From contig OY843751.1 in NCBI GenBank assembly GCA_963693055.1, positions 2,496,001-2,560,000 on the forward strand: a stretch of DNA of 64,000 nt, read 5' to 3'. The notes under the pieces are model-generated. The model was not told where the DNA came from. It was given only the letters and a program-made list of their open reading frames with translations, and made no database searches. Source of the DNA: a bacterium (GTDB lineage Bacteria; Zhuqueibacterota; Zhuqueibacteria; Residuimicrobiales; Krinioviventaceae). A program made the translations under genes and the position numbers. This document shows positions 28,959-39,670 of the stretch, piece after piece (position 1 is the first letter of the stretch; every line of letters begins with the position of its first letter).

Positions 28959-30701
28959 TTGATTATAGTGAAAAAGTTTGCCCTGGGATTACATCATTTA
29001 AACATTGCCTATGTTGCCGGTGATTATAACTCTTATCATCGCCAGGTAACAGAATCAGTTATTCCCTTGTTGGATTTGCTAGGGCGCCATTCTTCCTGGT
29101 GTTTCAATATAGAGTTGAGTGGGTATTCTATCGAGTTTATTGCAAAACATTACCCCATTGTATTAAACCGATTAAAAATTCTCATCGAGTCTAAACAGAT
29201 CCATCTCATTTCTGCTGAATATGCTCCAAGAATTTGGTTTTCTTTTCCCCGTAAAGATATGCTTAAATCAATAGAAATGAATGTTCAAATTTTGAATAAA
29301 TATGATTTAAAAGCCAGTCGCATATATTTTGCTCAGGAAAATTTTTTTGGTCCAGGGATTAGCTCTTTGGAAGATTGGTTTGATACTGCAATTATCAAAG
29401 ATGATTACTTTTACCATCTTTATCCCAATTTAATCAAGGATGATATGCAACCCCCATATTATAAATTAAATAAACAAAAACTTGTAATAGGATGGGGGCA
29501 TATACTTGAAGAAATGGCAGGAAAAGTTTTCAAATCAAACGAACATATAAATTCTGAATATGCTCATTGGCCTGAAAATAGATTAAATCTGCTTGGAAAA
29601 GCATTAACAGGCAGACTGTTTGCAAGTAAAGTGCCATTTCAATCTCAAACTTGGAATGAAATAGAATGGACCTGGTATCATTTTGGCTCCAGTGAGAGGT
29701 TTTCAAAATTTTGGACGGATCCTTCTGATCCTGATCGATATAAGTTTGAACCGCAATGGATCTCTGTTGCTGAAAAGTGTCTGGAGACATATGAAGAGCA
29801 AGGCTTTGAAATATCAGCTATTGATGATTTTGTAAATGCAATTGAGACAAACGGATTTAATGCTCCTATAGCTCCTGCTTTAGTTGAAGGCTCCTGGAAT
29901 ATGAAGAAAAGCAGAGGGGGATTTGTTTGGATGGGGCAGAATAGCAATGATTTTCATAATGCTCTTGAAATACGTAATCAGAATTCAATTACCCGTAAAC
30001 AAATTATGGAACTGGAACAAAGTTTGGTGATTGAAAAGAAGCCAAAACTCTTGAATTATCTTTGGAAATTGCAGCTCCTTTCTGAAACCAGTGATTCTAC
30101 CGGCTGGCTGCCAAAACCTTGTGAAGTCGAATTCAGCCTCTCAAAGTCCAAGAGAATTCATCATATTTATGATCTTTTGATGAACCAGACAAATGTTAAG
30201 CCTCAAACCTTTTCATGGTCAAAATTTTTCAATGGAAAAGAGATTTCTTTTGATGAATTGTATGTTAAATGCTTTAAAGTTTATGGAGTTGTTGCAAAAT
30301 CAGAGTTCTTTCAGATCAATTCCAAAACTCAATTTATTAGAATAGAATTTTCTACAAGTAAGAATTTTGCCGGTGTTGGATTTAATTTAACAGAGAATAA
30401 TGTGCGATATTCACCGGCGTTACTTGAACAAGCAATTAATAAGATAAATCTTGATGCTTTAGCTCCTAAACAATTATGCCTGCCATTAACCAATGGCTTA
30501 ATATCAATTGATAATAATTTGCATGTAATTAAAAATAATGATTTATTTAATCTTTGTTGTATTGTTGATAAAGAGATGAAAAGTCTAAAGTTTGTTGTGG
30601 AGAAAGAAAAGACAAAACCTTTTGTCTGTGAATTTCTCTTGTTTCAAGGGGAAATAAATGATGCTTTAAAATTAGCAAACCAATTAAACCGGGCTGTTTA
30701 A
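28959..30701 (+). CDS. GH57/deacetylase-fold-like hypothetical protein
   Basis: HHLNIAY, FNIELSGYSIEF, AQENF, EGSW, SETSDSTGW resemble GH57-type N-terminal barrel motifs. Confidence 0.45.
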   Translation: MIIVKKFALGLHHLNIAYVAGDYNSYHRQVTESVIPLLDLLGRHSSWCFNIELSGYSIEFIAKHYPIVLNRLKILIESKQIHLISAEYAPRIWFSFPRKDMLKSIEMNVQILNKYDLKASRIYFAQENFFGPGISSLEDWFDTAIIKDDYFYHLYPNLIKDDMQPPYYKLNKQKLVIGWGHILEEMAGKVFKSNEHINSEYAHWPENRLNLLGKALTGRLFASKVPFQSQTWNEIEWTWYHFGSSERFSKFWTDPSDPDRYKFEPQWISVAEKCLETYEEQGFEISAIDDFVNAIETNGFNAPIAPALVEGSWNMKKSRGGFVWMGQNSNDFHNALEIRNQNSITRKQIMELEQSLVIEKKPKLLNYLWKLQLLSETSDSTGWLPKPCEVEFSLSKSKRIHHIYDLLMNQTNVKPQTFSWSKFFNGKEISFDELYVKCFKVYGVVAKSEFFQINSKTQFIRIEFSTSKNFAGVGFNLTENNVRYSPALLEQAINKINLDALAPKQLCLPLTNGLISIDNNLHVIKNNDLFNLCCIVDKEMKSLKFVVEKEKTKPFVCEFLLFQGEINDALKLANQLNRAV

Positions 30702-30716
30702 AACAACCCGGTTTAA
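30685..30716. terminator. bidirectional terminator hairpin
   Basis: ttaaaccggg...cccggtttaa between convergent genes. Confidence 0.55.
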
Positions 30717-30721
30717 AAAAA

Positions 30722-31303
30722 TTATTTTAAATCCGTTAATTTGTTAATCACTTTTCCGGCGAGTCCGTACTCTATGGCTTCTTCTGCATTCATCCAATAG
30801 TTGCGGTCTGTATCTTCGGCAATACGTTCATAAGGTTGACCGGTTCTGTCTGCAAAAATCCGGTTCAATCGTTCACGCATTTTTATAATCTCCCGGGCTT
30901 CAATACTAATATCAGAAGCCATACCGCCAACACCACCACTGGGCTGATGTAGCATAAAACGAGTGTTTGGCAAGCAGAAACGTTGTTCTTTAGGAGGCGC
31001 AGAATAAATTAATGCACCTGCACTTGCAACCCAACCGGTACCAATAATGTCAACCATGGGTTCAACAAAACGGATCATATCGTGAATGGTATCTCCAGCT
31101 TCAACGTGTCCACCCTGTGAATTGATAAAGATTTTAATTTTTTCATCAGAATCATTTGCCAATACCAGGATCTTTTCAGAAACTTCTTGTGCAACTTTTT
31201 GGTTAATTTCGCCAAAAATCATAATTGTACGTGTATCCAGGAGCTTTCCGGAAATTACATTGTTGAACATGTTTTCCGGTTTATTGTCTTTTTCTTTAGC
31301 CAT
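30722..31303 (-). CDS. clpP: ATP-dependent Clp protease proteolytic subunit
   Basis: INSQGG, GWVASAG (Ser), FMLHQP (His), DTDRNYWMNAEEAIEYG (Asp). Confidence 0.93.
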   Translation of the reverse strand: MAKEKDNKPENMFNNVISGKLLDTRTIMIFGEINQKVAQEVSEKILVLANDSDEKIKIFINSQGGHVEAGDTIHDMIRFVEPMVDIIGTGWVASAGALIYSAPPKEQRFCLPNTRFMLHQPSGGVGGMASDISIEAREIIKMRERLNRIFADRTGQPYERIAEDTDRNYWMNAEEAIEYGLAGKVINKLTDLK

Positions 31304-32515
31304 TCTTAACCTTTCGTGATGTATACGTCATTTCTTGTACATACAAACTACAAAATTATTCAAATAATTTCAATAATTTATTCAATTCTTATTATTGTTG
31401 CTTTTCCACAAACAGATCAAAAAACATTGGAATACAATTATCAGCAAGAGGGGATGCCGCATTCATCAAAACTACTATACCAATATTTCTGTAAAGGTCC
31501 AGGGCAATTTCTGCTCTAAATCCTTGTACATAACCGCCGTGGTAAACTAAAATATGATCATCAAATTCAAAAATGCGCCAACCTAATCCATACCAGGTTT
31601 GTCCCAGATTGTCCCATTTTCCAAAATAGCGTGACGCCTTTGCTGTTGGTATATGGGCTTTCATTATTTCTTTTCTTGTATTATTCGGAATAATGTCCGG
31701 GTACCCACCCAACATGGCTTTTACCCAGATGATCATATCATTTATGCTGGCGTTTATCCCGGCAGCGGGAGGGATATTATAGTACGAAGGTTTAACTGTT
31801 GTGGGAATCCACATACTATCTGCTTTAATATGGGGAAATGCATGATTGTGTTCCTGGAGATAAGCATCCATACCTATTGATGCATGCCTTAAATTTAAGG
31901 GATTGAAGATATATTCTTTCAAGAGTTTTTCAAAGGATTGATTGGTAATTCCAGCAAGTATGTCACCAGTTAAACTGAAAACCACATTTTGATAGTTGTA
32001 ATGTTCACCAGGCATATATAAAATAGGAATGACTGCAAGGTCCTGTATCAATTGTTCATAAGAAATATTGTTTTCCAATTTTTCAGTACCCGCATATGAT
32101 GGTAATCCGGATGTTTGGCTAAGAAGATGAGCGATTGTCAATTTCTCAGTTGCCGCGGGATCAGATAGCTGCAAGTCTGGCAAATAATCTTTAACTTTAC
32201 TGTCCCAATATATGAGCTCCTCATTCACAAGCAGTCCGGTTAATGTTGAAGTAAATCCTTTAGATAATGATGCGAGTCTAAATATTGTAGAATCGTTGAC
32301 AGCTATTTGTGAATAACTATTTCTTACTCCAAAAGTCTCTTTATATAAGATTTTTTGATCTTGTATTATGGCGGCGGCAGCACCAGGGATCTTGTATTTT
32401 AAAAGGTTTGATGTTAATAAAGAATCATATTGAATGACCTTGTTATAGATATTAAAAGGATTATCAAGGCATTGTCCATAACCATAAAATATTAAAAGAA
32501 CAAGACTGATTCTGA

Positions 32516-33955
32516 GAGTTATATTCTAATGTTGTGGATGACTTGAAAAAATAAATAAAAAAGCGTATCCTATAGTTTTTAAGTATTTTTTTTCGACCAA
32601 GAAAAAAGATAAAACCAAAAAGGACACGCTATGAAAAAAGGTAATACAACAAAGTCAGAACTGCAAGCAGAAACCACAACATTCAATAAAAGTTTGGATG
32701 AAATTATTCGAAATGGAGCGCAACAAATATTGGCAGCAGCCATAGAAAACGAAGTTCAGGAATACCTTGATCGCTATAAAAATCACAGAGATGAACAAGG
32801 TCACCGCCTGGCCGTACGCAATGGTTCCATGCCGGAGCGCACAATATTGTCCAGTTCAGGTCCAATAACGATCCGGCAGCCGCGAGTGGATGACAGGAAA
32901 TTACGGCAGGAACATGGCGTAGAAGGCTTTACAAGTGAGATACTACCCAAATACCTGAGACGGACACCCAGCCTGAATAACCTGATACCTGCCCTTTATT
33001 TGAAGGGCATTTCGACACAGGACTTCCCGGCTGCATTGTCGGCTATACTTGGAGATAAAGTCAAAGGACTTTCAGCCAACACGGTTGTGCGCTTGAAAGA
33101 AGAATGGGAGTCAGAGTACAAGCAATGGGCCAGGCGTGATCTGTCCGGCAAACACTATGTATACATCTGGGCCGATGGTGTCTATTTCAATGTTCGATTG
33201 AAAGGCGTAAATCCTTGTATTTTAGTGATTATTGGAGCGGACGAATATGGGCGAAAAGAGCTTTTGGCGGTCAAAGAAGGCTTTCGAGAAAGCGAATTGA
33301 GCTGGAAAGAACTGCTGTTGGAGTTAAAGGACCAGGGACTTGAGATGGGACCGAAACTGGCAATCGCAGACGGTGCCCTCGGTTTTTGGAAAGCTTTGCC
33401 ACAAGTTTATCCCGAGTCTCGTGAACAGCGCTGCTGGGTCCACAAGACAGCCAACATATTGGATAAGCTACCGAAAAGTGCGCAGACAAATGCCAAATCG
33501 CTTATTCATGAAATGTATATGGCTGAGACCAAAGAAAATGCGTTAATCGCTTATCATAGATTTATCAAAATTTATGAAGACAAGTATCCCAAAGTTGTTA
33601 ATTGTCTGGTAAAAGATTATGATCAACTTTTTACTTTTTATGATTTCCCGGATTCACATTGGCAGCATATCCGGACCACGAATCCCATTGAATCTACCTT
33701 TGCTACAGTGAGACTCAGGACGCGGAGAACAAAGGGCTGCGGTTCAAGTCAGGCGACTTTGACTATGGTTTTTAAACTGGCTAAAGAAGCGGAAAAACGG
33801 TGGCGGCGTTTGAGAGGGTACAAGTGGATACCATTTGTGATTAAAGGAGAAAAATTTGTGAATGGTGAACCGGAAAATCAGGAATTGTTTAAGTTGGCAG
33901 CTTAACTTTTATGAAATGGATACGCTTTTTGATCCACAACTATTGACAATAACTC
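32516..33955 (+). mobile_element. IS256-family insertion sequence (1440 bp)
   Basis: Imperfect terminal IRs gagttatattctaatgttgtggat / atccacaactattgacaataactc; 9-bp TSD TGATTCTGA (32507-32515, 33956-33964). Confidence 0.92.
32631..33905 (+). CDS. IS256-family transposase
   Basis: RNG, YLKGIST, YIWADGVY, IADGALGFW, QRCWVHK, IRTTNPIES. Confidence 0.95.
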   Translation: MKKGNTTKSELQAETTTFNKSLDEIIRNGAQQILAAAIENEVQEYLDRYKNHRDEQGHRLAVRNGSMPERTILSSSGPITIRQPRVDDRKLRQEHGVEGFTSEILPKYLRRTPSLNNLIPALYLKGISTQDFPAALSAILGDKVKGLSANTVVRLKEEWESEYKQWARRDLSGKHYVYIWADGVYFNVRLKGVNPCILVIIGADEYGRKELLAVKEGFRESELSWKELLLELKDQGLEMGPKLAIADGALGFWKALPQVYPESREQRCWVHKTANILDKLPKSAQTNAKSLIHEMYMAETKENALIAYHRFIKIYEDKYPKVVNCLVKDYDQLFTFYDFPDSHWQHIRTTNPIESTFATVRLRTRRTKGCGSSQATLTMVFKLAKEAEKRWRRLRGYKWIPFVIKGEKFVNGEPENQELFKLAA

Positions 33956-34151
33956 TGATTCTGAGCATGAGTGATTGAATTTGTTTTTTCATAATCTTTC
34001 CATTGTTTAAATAGAATTTATAAAATTAATTTATAAAATTCATCATGAATTTACTTTTTATTCAAAGTGGCAATTTCCGAAAAGTCCTTGTTTTTTTGTC
34101 TTTTTTTTATTAAATATAATTTTGTTACGAATATGTTTTGGAGTGTTTTGG

Positions 34152-35636
34152 GTGATTGATCATAATCCCGGGATTACGATCTCTTTTATTATCTATTTAA
34201 TTTTCATGTTATCTATTGGTTGGTTTTTCTACAAACGTACCAGAAATTTATCTGATTATATTCTGGGAGGTAGAAACCTCAATTCATGGGTAACTTCTTT
34301 GAGTGCTCAGGCATCAGATATGAGTGGCTGGCTTTTACTTGGATTACCAGGATATGCTTATTTGTCCGGTATGGATTCTATTTGGATGACTGCGGGCCTT
34401 GCTTTGGGTACATATCTAAACTGGAAATTTGTTGCAGCCCGTTTAAGAAATTATACTCATATTTCTTCTGATTCTTTAACCTTACCGGTTTATTTTGAAA
34501 ATCGCTTTAAACCAAATTCACCTGTCATTAGAATTGTTTCAGCCATATTTATTTTGATATTTTTTCTTATTTATACTGCATCCGGATTTGTAGCAGGTGC
34601 AAAATTGTTCAATACTGTATTTGGTTTTAATTATGTTTCAGCATTGTCAATTGGTGTATTTGTGATTATTGCATATACCTTTTTAGGAGGTTTCTGGGCA
34701 GTAAGTTGGACTGATTTTTTTCAAGGTATGATCATGTTTTTTGCTATACTCATTGTACCTGTTTTGGCTTTTAAAAGCTCTGGTGGTTCAAGTCCTATAC
34801 AACAAGCATTACGCTCTATTCCAGGTTTTCTTGATCCATTTACGTCAGGAGAGAGTAAAAGAATTTCCTTTATTGCAATAATTTCATTAGCAGCATGGGG
34901 TTTGGGTTATTTTGGACAGCCTCATATCCTGGCAAGATTTATGGCAATAAGATCAGTAAAACAAATACCTCGGGCCCGAAGAATTGCAATGGGTTGGGTT
35001 TTGCTTTGTTTAACGGGTGCTATGTTTGTAGGCATAACCGGACGTGCATTAATTACTCCAATGCTGGATACCACTGCCTCAGAAACAGTTTTTATGGTAA
35101 TGGTACATGAATTGGTTCATTCCTGGTTTTCCGGTTTTTTACTGGCAGCTATACTTGCTGCAATTATGAGTACCGCAGACTCGCAATTACTGGTAGCTTC
35201 TTCAGCAGTTACCGAAGATTTGTATAAATTATTACTACATAGAAATGCAAGCGAAAAAGAACTTGTATGGACCAGCAGAGTAGCGGTTGTGCTAATTGCT
35301 GTTATTGCATATTTTATTGCTATGAATCCTGAATCAAATGTTTTAGAGCTTGTTTCTTATGCATGGGCCGGATTTGGAGCTACTTTTGGACCCATTATAT
35401 TATTTTCATTATTTTGGAAACGAATGACAAGTAACGGCGCTCTTGCCGGAATGATTGTTGGTGGTATAACTGTTTTAGTATGGAAACAGTTGTCTGGTGG
35501 TTTATTTGATTTATATGAACTAGTCCCCGGATTTATTTTTTCTGCAATAGCTATTGTTCTTGCCAGTTTAATAGATGACATGCCAGCATTGGACATTCAA
35601 AAAGAATTTGAATTAGCAAAATTACAAAACGATTAA
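34152..35636 (+). CDS. putP: sodium/proline symporter
   Basis: DYILGGR, SAQASDMSGWLLLGLPG, WGLGYFGQPHILARFMA, AAIMSTADSQLLV; start may be 34122. Confidence 0.92.
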   Translation: MIDHNPGITISFIIYLIFMLSIGWFFYKRTRNLSDYILGGRNLNSWVTSLSAQASDMSGWLLLGLPGYAYLSGMDSIWMTAGLALGTYLNWKFVAARLRNYTHISSDSLTLPVYFENRFKPNSPVIRIVSAIFILIFFLIYTASGFVAGAKLFNTVFGFNYVSALSIGVFVIIAYTFLGGFWAVSWTDFFQGMIMFFAILIVPVLAFKSSGGSSPIQQALRSIPGFLDPFTSGESKRISFIAIISLAAWGLGYFGQPHILARFMAIRSVKQIPRARRIAMGWVLLCLTGAMFVGITGRALITPMLDTTASETVFMVMVHELVHSWFSGFLLAAILAAIMSTADSQLLVASSAVTEDLYKLLLHRNASEKELVWTSRVAVVLIAVIAYFIAMNPESNVLELVSYAWAGFGATFGPIILFSLFWKRMTSNGALAGMIVGGITVLVWKQLSGGLFDLYELVPGFIFSAIAIVLASLIDDMPALDIQKEFELAKLQND

Positions 35637-35660
35637 CGATAAATAGGGTTGGAGGTTTGT

Positions 35661-36146
35661 GTGGAAGAGATTATCCGAAATTTGGCTCGGATACGTGACA
35701 ACAATATTTATTTTTCTCTTGAAGGTGAAATCATATCCGGTAGTAAACATGATTTTGCTTTATTTGATAAATATTCAAAGCTGGAAAATTTTCTCAAAGA
35801 AAACGAAAAAATATTGTCAAGTAATAATCTTGATTTTTCTGATAAATGTTATGCTACAATCAATGTTAATATTTTACCAAAGTATGTCAAGCTAACAGAG
35901 CCATCAGTAACTATTTTGATTTCTAATGTTAATTCAAGTTCTCAAAAACCTGTTACGTTTTCAAAATGTCGTTTGAATTTTGATGGTTTTAATTTTTATG
36001 GAATTTTGTTTTTTCCCCACATGGACGAAAACAAATCTTCAACAGTTGAAATAATTGCACCCTTTATACCTGGTTTAAAAACAGGGGATAGGATTCAAAT
36101 TGATGTGAATTCTAAAGAATTTCAGATTCTGGAAAATGGGAATTAG
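35661..36146 (+). CDS. hypothetical protein, possible CTP-dependent riboflavin-kinase-like fold
   Basis: LEGEIISG, ATINV, FFPH, VEIIAP..PGLKTGDRI; GGAGG before GTG 35661. Confidence 0.4.
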   Translation: MEEIIRNLARIRDNNIYFSLEGEIISGSKHDFALFDKYSKLENFLKENEKILSSNNLDFSDKCYATINVNILPKYVKLTEPSVTILISNVNSSSQKPVTFSKCRLNFDGFNFYGILFFPHMDENKSSTVEIIAPFIPGLKTGDRIQIDVNSKEFQILENGN

Positions 36147-36191
36147 ATTCATGGGGTACATTTGAAACAGGACTGTTTGGAGAATTTATTT

Positions 36192-36220
36192 AAAGCCGGA
36201 GTGAATTCACTCCGGCTTTT
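36192..36220. terminator. bidirectional intrinsic terminator
   Basis: aaagccggagtg-aatt-cactccggctttt. Confidence 0.75.
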
Positions 36221-36224
36221 ACGT

Positions 36225-36782
36225 TTAATTTACTTTATTAATAGAACACCCAAATGCTTTGGTTGTTGCTGTTGGTACCTGTTTACCGGTAATAATTGCC
36301 AATAAAACATCCTCGAGATCATGTGAGGTAATGTTGTCAGGATTTTTAGAATCATCAATTCTGCCATGATAAAGCAGTTCTCGTTTTGAATTTAATACAA
36401 AAACTTCGGGCGTAACTGTCGCTCCCAATCTGTCAGCAATTAAATTGTTTCTATCAATGAGTACAGGAAACATGAAATCTTTTTCGACAGCGTGTTGCTT
36501 GATTTGTTTGGTTGTTTCTGTTCTATTGGAATTTATACCAATAAAAGCCACTCCCTTGCTATGAAAAGATGTATAAAGCTTGTTCATTCTATCATTGTAA
36601 GCATTAGAAACCGGGCATTGACTCGAGATAAACAACAGCACAATCGCTTCATTATCATTATAATTACTCAGCTTGTAAGATGTTCCATTAAAATCTTCCA
36701 GCGTAAAATCCTCTATTGTTTCACCAGCAAATAAAAATCCATATAATATTGATATAAAAAATAGAAATAAAATTCTCTTCAT
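36225..36782 (-). CDS. secreted thioredoxin-fold redoxin (AhpC/TSA-like)
   Basis: FISSQCPVS, GINSN, GATVTPEVF, YHGRIDD, AFGCSI. Confidence 0.88.
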   Translation of the reverse strand: MKRILFLFFISILYGFLFAGETIEDFTLEDFNGTSYKLSNYNDNEAIVLLFISSQCPVSNAYNDRMNKLYTSFHSKGVAFIGINSNRTETTKQIKQHAVEKDFMFPVLIDRNNLIADRLGATVTPEVFVLNSKRELLYHGRIDDSKNPDNITSHDLEDVLLAIITGKQVPTATTKAFGCSINKVN

Positions 36783-36946
36783 TTACTGCCTCCGTATATT
36801 TTTATTAATATACAATAGAACAACTACGATTTTGCTTTTATTTCTCTCCACAATTCATTTATTTACACTATGTTTTAGATAGTAATTAGACATAATTGCT
36901 TAAAATTTAGACAATATTACCAGTATGATAAATTTTTATTTTGTAT

Positions 36947-38278
36947 CACTACTGTCCCAATATTAGTTGAATAAATTCAATTGGTTATCATTTTGTAAGC
37001 CATGAGTAAGATTATCATTGTTGCTAAGTAACTGTAAAATAGGAGTTCTTTGAAACATATTAACGCTTAATATTTGCAAAAAAGTGTAGAGCGGAATCGC
37101 AATATTCAAACGTTTCTTTATTATCGCTATAAGCACGTATATACATATTGCAATCCATATTTGCGATTTAACGGCATTGACTGAAGTGCCATAAAAGGAC
37201 TTAATTTTTAGGTTTTGTTTTATCCATTTAAAAAACAATTCAATTTGCCAGCGGCATCTATATAGTTCAGGAATAGTTAATGCCGGCAAGTTAAAAATAT
37301 TTGTCAACAAAACGAGCGTTCGTTTTTGATCAGTTATGTATATTTTAACGCGTCTGAGTCTTTCAGGATAATCTCGTGATGCATAGTAATTCACTAAAGA
37401 AACTGTTTGATCACATCGAAGACCTGTACTTTTATTAACCGGATGTGAATAGACCCTTTTAGCTTTAAGGTTCGACTTTGCCGGAATGACAAAAAAGGCT
37501 CCAGCTTGATGGAATCTATACAGACGCTCAAAATCTATGTAACCCTTGTCTAGCAAATATATGGCGCCAGGCTCAGGAATCAACATATCAAGAATGTTAA
37601 CATCGTGGATTTTCCCTTCAGTTATCTCTATAAAAGTTGGTATGTTACCACGAAGGTCCATTTGAGTATGCACTTTTATAGCACCTTTTGATTTTCTAAA
37701 TCTGGCCCATGGAAATAAAGAAAGGCACAAGTCAATTGTTGTTGAATCTAATGCGTAAACCATTTCTTTTAATTCAAGGCCGAATTTTTCATCACGATAT
37801 AACTTGCGGGCCTGATTAATAAGTATTTGAGCAAATTCAGCATAGATGCGCCAGTCTCGATGTTCATTTGCATTAGCCAAAGTATTTCGAGCAACTATGC
37901 TGCGAAAACCCATGTGGTAAAGTAGTTTTCGTTGTGATCTTAAACAAGCTTCTATATCTCTCAAACTATCTCGGAAAGTGAGTTGGGCAAAAGCCATGCA
38001 ATAAAATTGATCAAGACACGAGAAGGATTTAACTTTATACTCTCCTCTGTATTTGTGGACGCAACGATGGAATGCCTTTAAAGGCAGGAATTCCATTATT
38101 TGAGAAAAAACAGTTTTCCCTTCGTGCATTTCGCCATTCCTCCGCCATTGTTTTGTTGTGATAGAATGGTGAAATGTAATAATTTAATTCAAATCGTTCC
38201 CGTTAAAAATGATAGCGTAAAGATATAATTAACAATTAAATACAATCACTACTTTCCCCTAACGTTGGGACAGTAGTG
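36947..38278 (-). mobile_element. IS4-family insertion sequence (1332 bp), intergenic
   Basis: Perfect 14-bp IRs CACTACTGTCCCAA / TTGGGACAGTAGTG; 9-bp TSD ATTTTGTAT (36938-36946, 38279-38287). Confidence 0.93.
36963..38129 (-). CDS. IS4-family DDE transposase (DUF4372-type N-terminus)
   Basis: FAQLTFRDSLRDIE, ALDSTTIDL, DKGY, YRCRWQIELFFKWIKQ. Confidence 0.95.
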   Translation of the reverse strand: MHEGKTVFSQIMEFLPLKAFHRCVHKYRGEYKVKSFSCLDQFYCMAFAQLTFRDSLRDIEACLRSQRKLLYHMGFRSIVARNTLANANEHRDWRIYAEFAQILINQARKLYRDEKFGLELKEMVYALDSTTIDLCLSLFPWARFRKSKGAIKVHTQMDLRGNIPTFIEITEGKIHDVNILDMLIPEPGAIYLLDKGYIDFERLYRFHQAGAFFVIPAKSNLKAKRVYSHPVNKSTGLRCDQTVSLVNYYASRDYPERLRRVKIYITDQKRTLVLLTNIFNLPALTIPELYRCRWQIELFFKWIKQNLKIKSFYGTSVNAVKSQIWIAICIYVLIAIIKKRLNIAIPLYTFLQILSVNMFQRTPILQLLSNNDNLTHGLQNDNQLNLFN

Positions 38279-38360
38279 ATTTTGTATAATTTATCTACTG
38301 CTTTGTGTCAGAATTAACTTTTAATCCCCAATTGCTGTTAATTCCAAAAGGAGGAAAATC

Positions 38361-39614
38361 ATGTCATCACAAGAATATCCCATTTTTATCCAAACCGCAT
38401 TTCCTGAACAACCAGATTTAGATAATTGGCAGCAAATTACCAAAGACGAAGCAGATTTAGTTTATAAAATGACAATTGAAAATGAATTGTCTGGTGGAAC
38501 ACCTGTCGTTCGCCAGTTTGAAAAAGACTGGCGAGAATGGTGCAATCTTGAATATTCTATTACGACTTTAAATGGCAGCTCTGCCTTATATAGTGCTTTC
38601 TTTGGACTCGGTGTTGGTCCTGGGGATGAAGTGATTTGTCCAACATATACCTGGATTTGTACGATTGCACCTGCATTGTTTCTGGGAGCAAGACCCGTAT
38701 TTGTTGAAAGTGATCCGGAAACTTTGCAGATAGATCCTAAAGACATTAGAAAAAAAATTACTCCCAAGACCAAAGCTATCGTTGTTGTGCATTTGTGGGG
38801 CAATGTTTGCGATATGGATGCTATTATGCAAATCAGTAAAGACACCGGAGTCAAAGTTCTTGAAGATTGTTCTCATGCTCATGGAGCTAAATATAATGGT
38901 TCGATTGTAGGTTCAATTGGACATGTAGGTGCCTGGAGTTTACAGGGTAGTAAACCGGTAAGTGCGGGTGAAGGAGGCATAATGGCCACAAATGATCCCG
39001 AGATTTTTGAGCGTGCCTGCCTTGCCGGCCAGGTAAACCGTATTGGTGGTATTGATCTTGTATCCCAAAAATATTCTGATCTGCAGCCTTTAGGACTGGG
39101 AATGAAGTTCAGAGCACATCCATTGGGAATTGGTATTGCAAGTGTACAATTTAAAAAATTATCTACATTGAACGCTAACCGAAAAATATATGTAGAAACT
39201 GTTGAAGAACAATTAAAAGGCATTCCCGGTTTCAAACCACTCAGAGTGTACCCCAAAGCAGAACGTGGTGGGTATTATGCTTTTCCAATTATTCATGAAC
39301 CTGAATTTCACAATAATATTGATACATTGAAAATGATAGAATTGATTCAAAATGAAGGACTGTCGGCATCTAAGAGCCCTTATAGTCTGTTACACCGGCT
39401 GCTTGTTTTTGGCAAAGGTTTTGATATTTTTACTGAAAATAGAGGCCCGCTTTGTGGTGACTATCCAGGTTATAACGAAGGAGATTTTCCTGTATCTGAA
39501 AAAATGTACAAAAATTTAATATTTTTACCAATTCTTTCAAATCCTGTAAAAGGCGCAGCAGACAGGGTTGTTGATATGTTACAAAAAGCTGCGAACAAGG
39601 CAATAAACTCGTAA
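38361..39614 (+). CDS. DegT/DnrJ/EryC1/StrS-family PLP aminotransferase
   Basis: GVGPGDEVICP, VHLWG, EDCSHAHGA, SLQGSK..SAGEGG. Confidence 0.9.
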   Translation: MSSQEYPIFIQTAFPEQPDLDNWQQITKDEADLVYKMTIENELSGGTPVVRQFEKDWREWCNLEYSITTLNGSSALYSAFFGLGVGPGDEVICPTYTWICTIAPALFLGARPVFVESDPETLQIDPKDIRKKITPKTKAIVVVHLWGNVCDMDAIMQISKDTGVKVLEDCSHAHGAKYNGSIVGSIGHVGAWSLQGSKPVSAGEGGIMATNDPEIFERACLAGQVNRIGGIDLVSQKYSDLQPLGLGMKFRAHPLGIGIASVQFKKLSTLNANRKIYVETVEEQLKGIPGFKPLRVYPKAERGGYYAFPIIHEPEFHNNIDTLKMIELIQNEGLSASKSPYSLLHRLLVFGKGFDIFTENRGPLCGDYPGYNEGDFPVSEKMYKNLIFLPILSNPVKGAADRVVDMLQKAANKAINS

Positions 39615-39670
39615 TTTTTTCTAACCTGAATTGACGTTGTCTAACATTTAAAGGAATGTGAGAGCGACAC

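Larger units (their letters stand above)
31392..33992 (-). pseudogene. serine hydrolase (class C beta-lactamase-like) split by IS256 in its signal peptide
   Basis: Start MKKQIQSLML at 33992; after the IS the frame continues RISLVLLIF...FRLASLSKGF (SxxK)...YQN...HGG to 31392. Confidence 0.85.
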
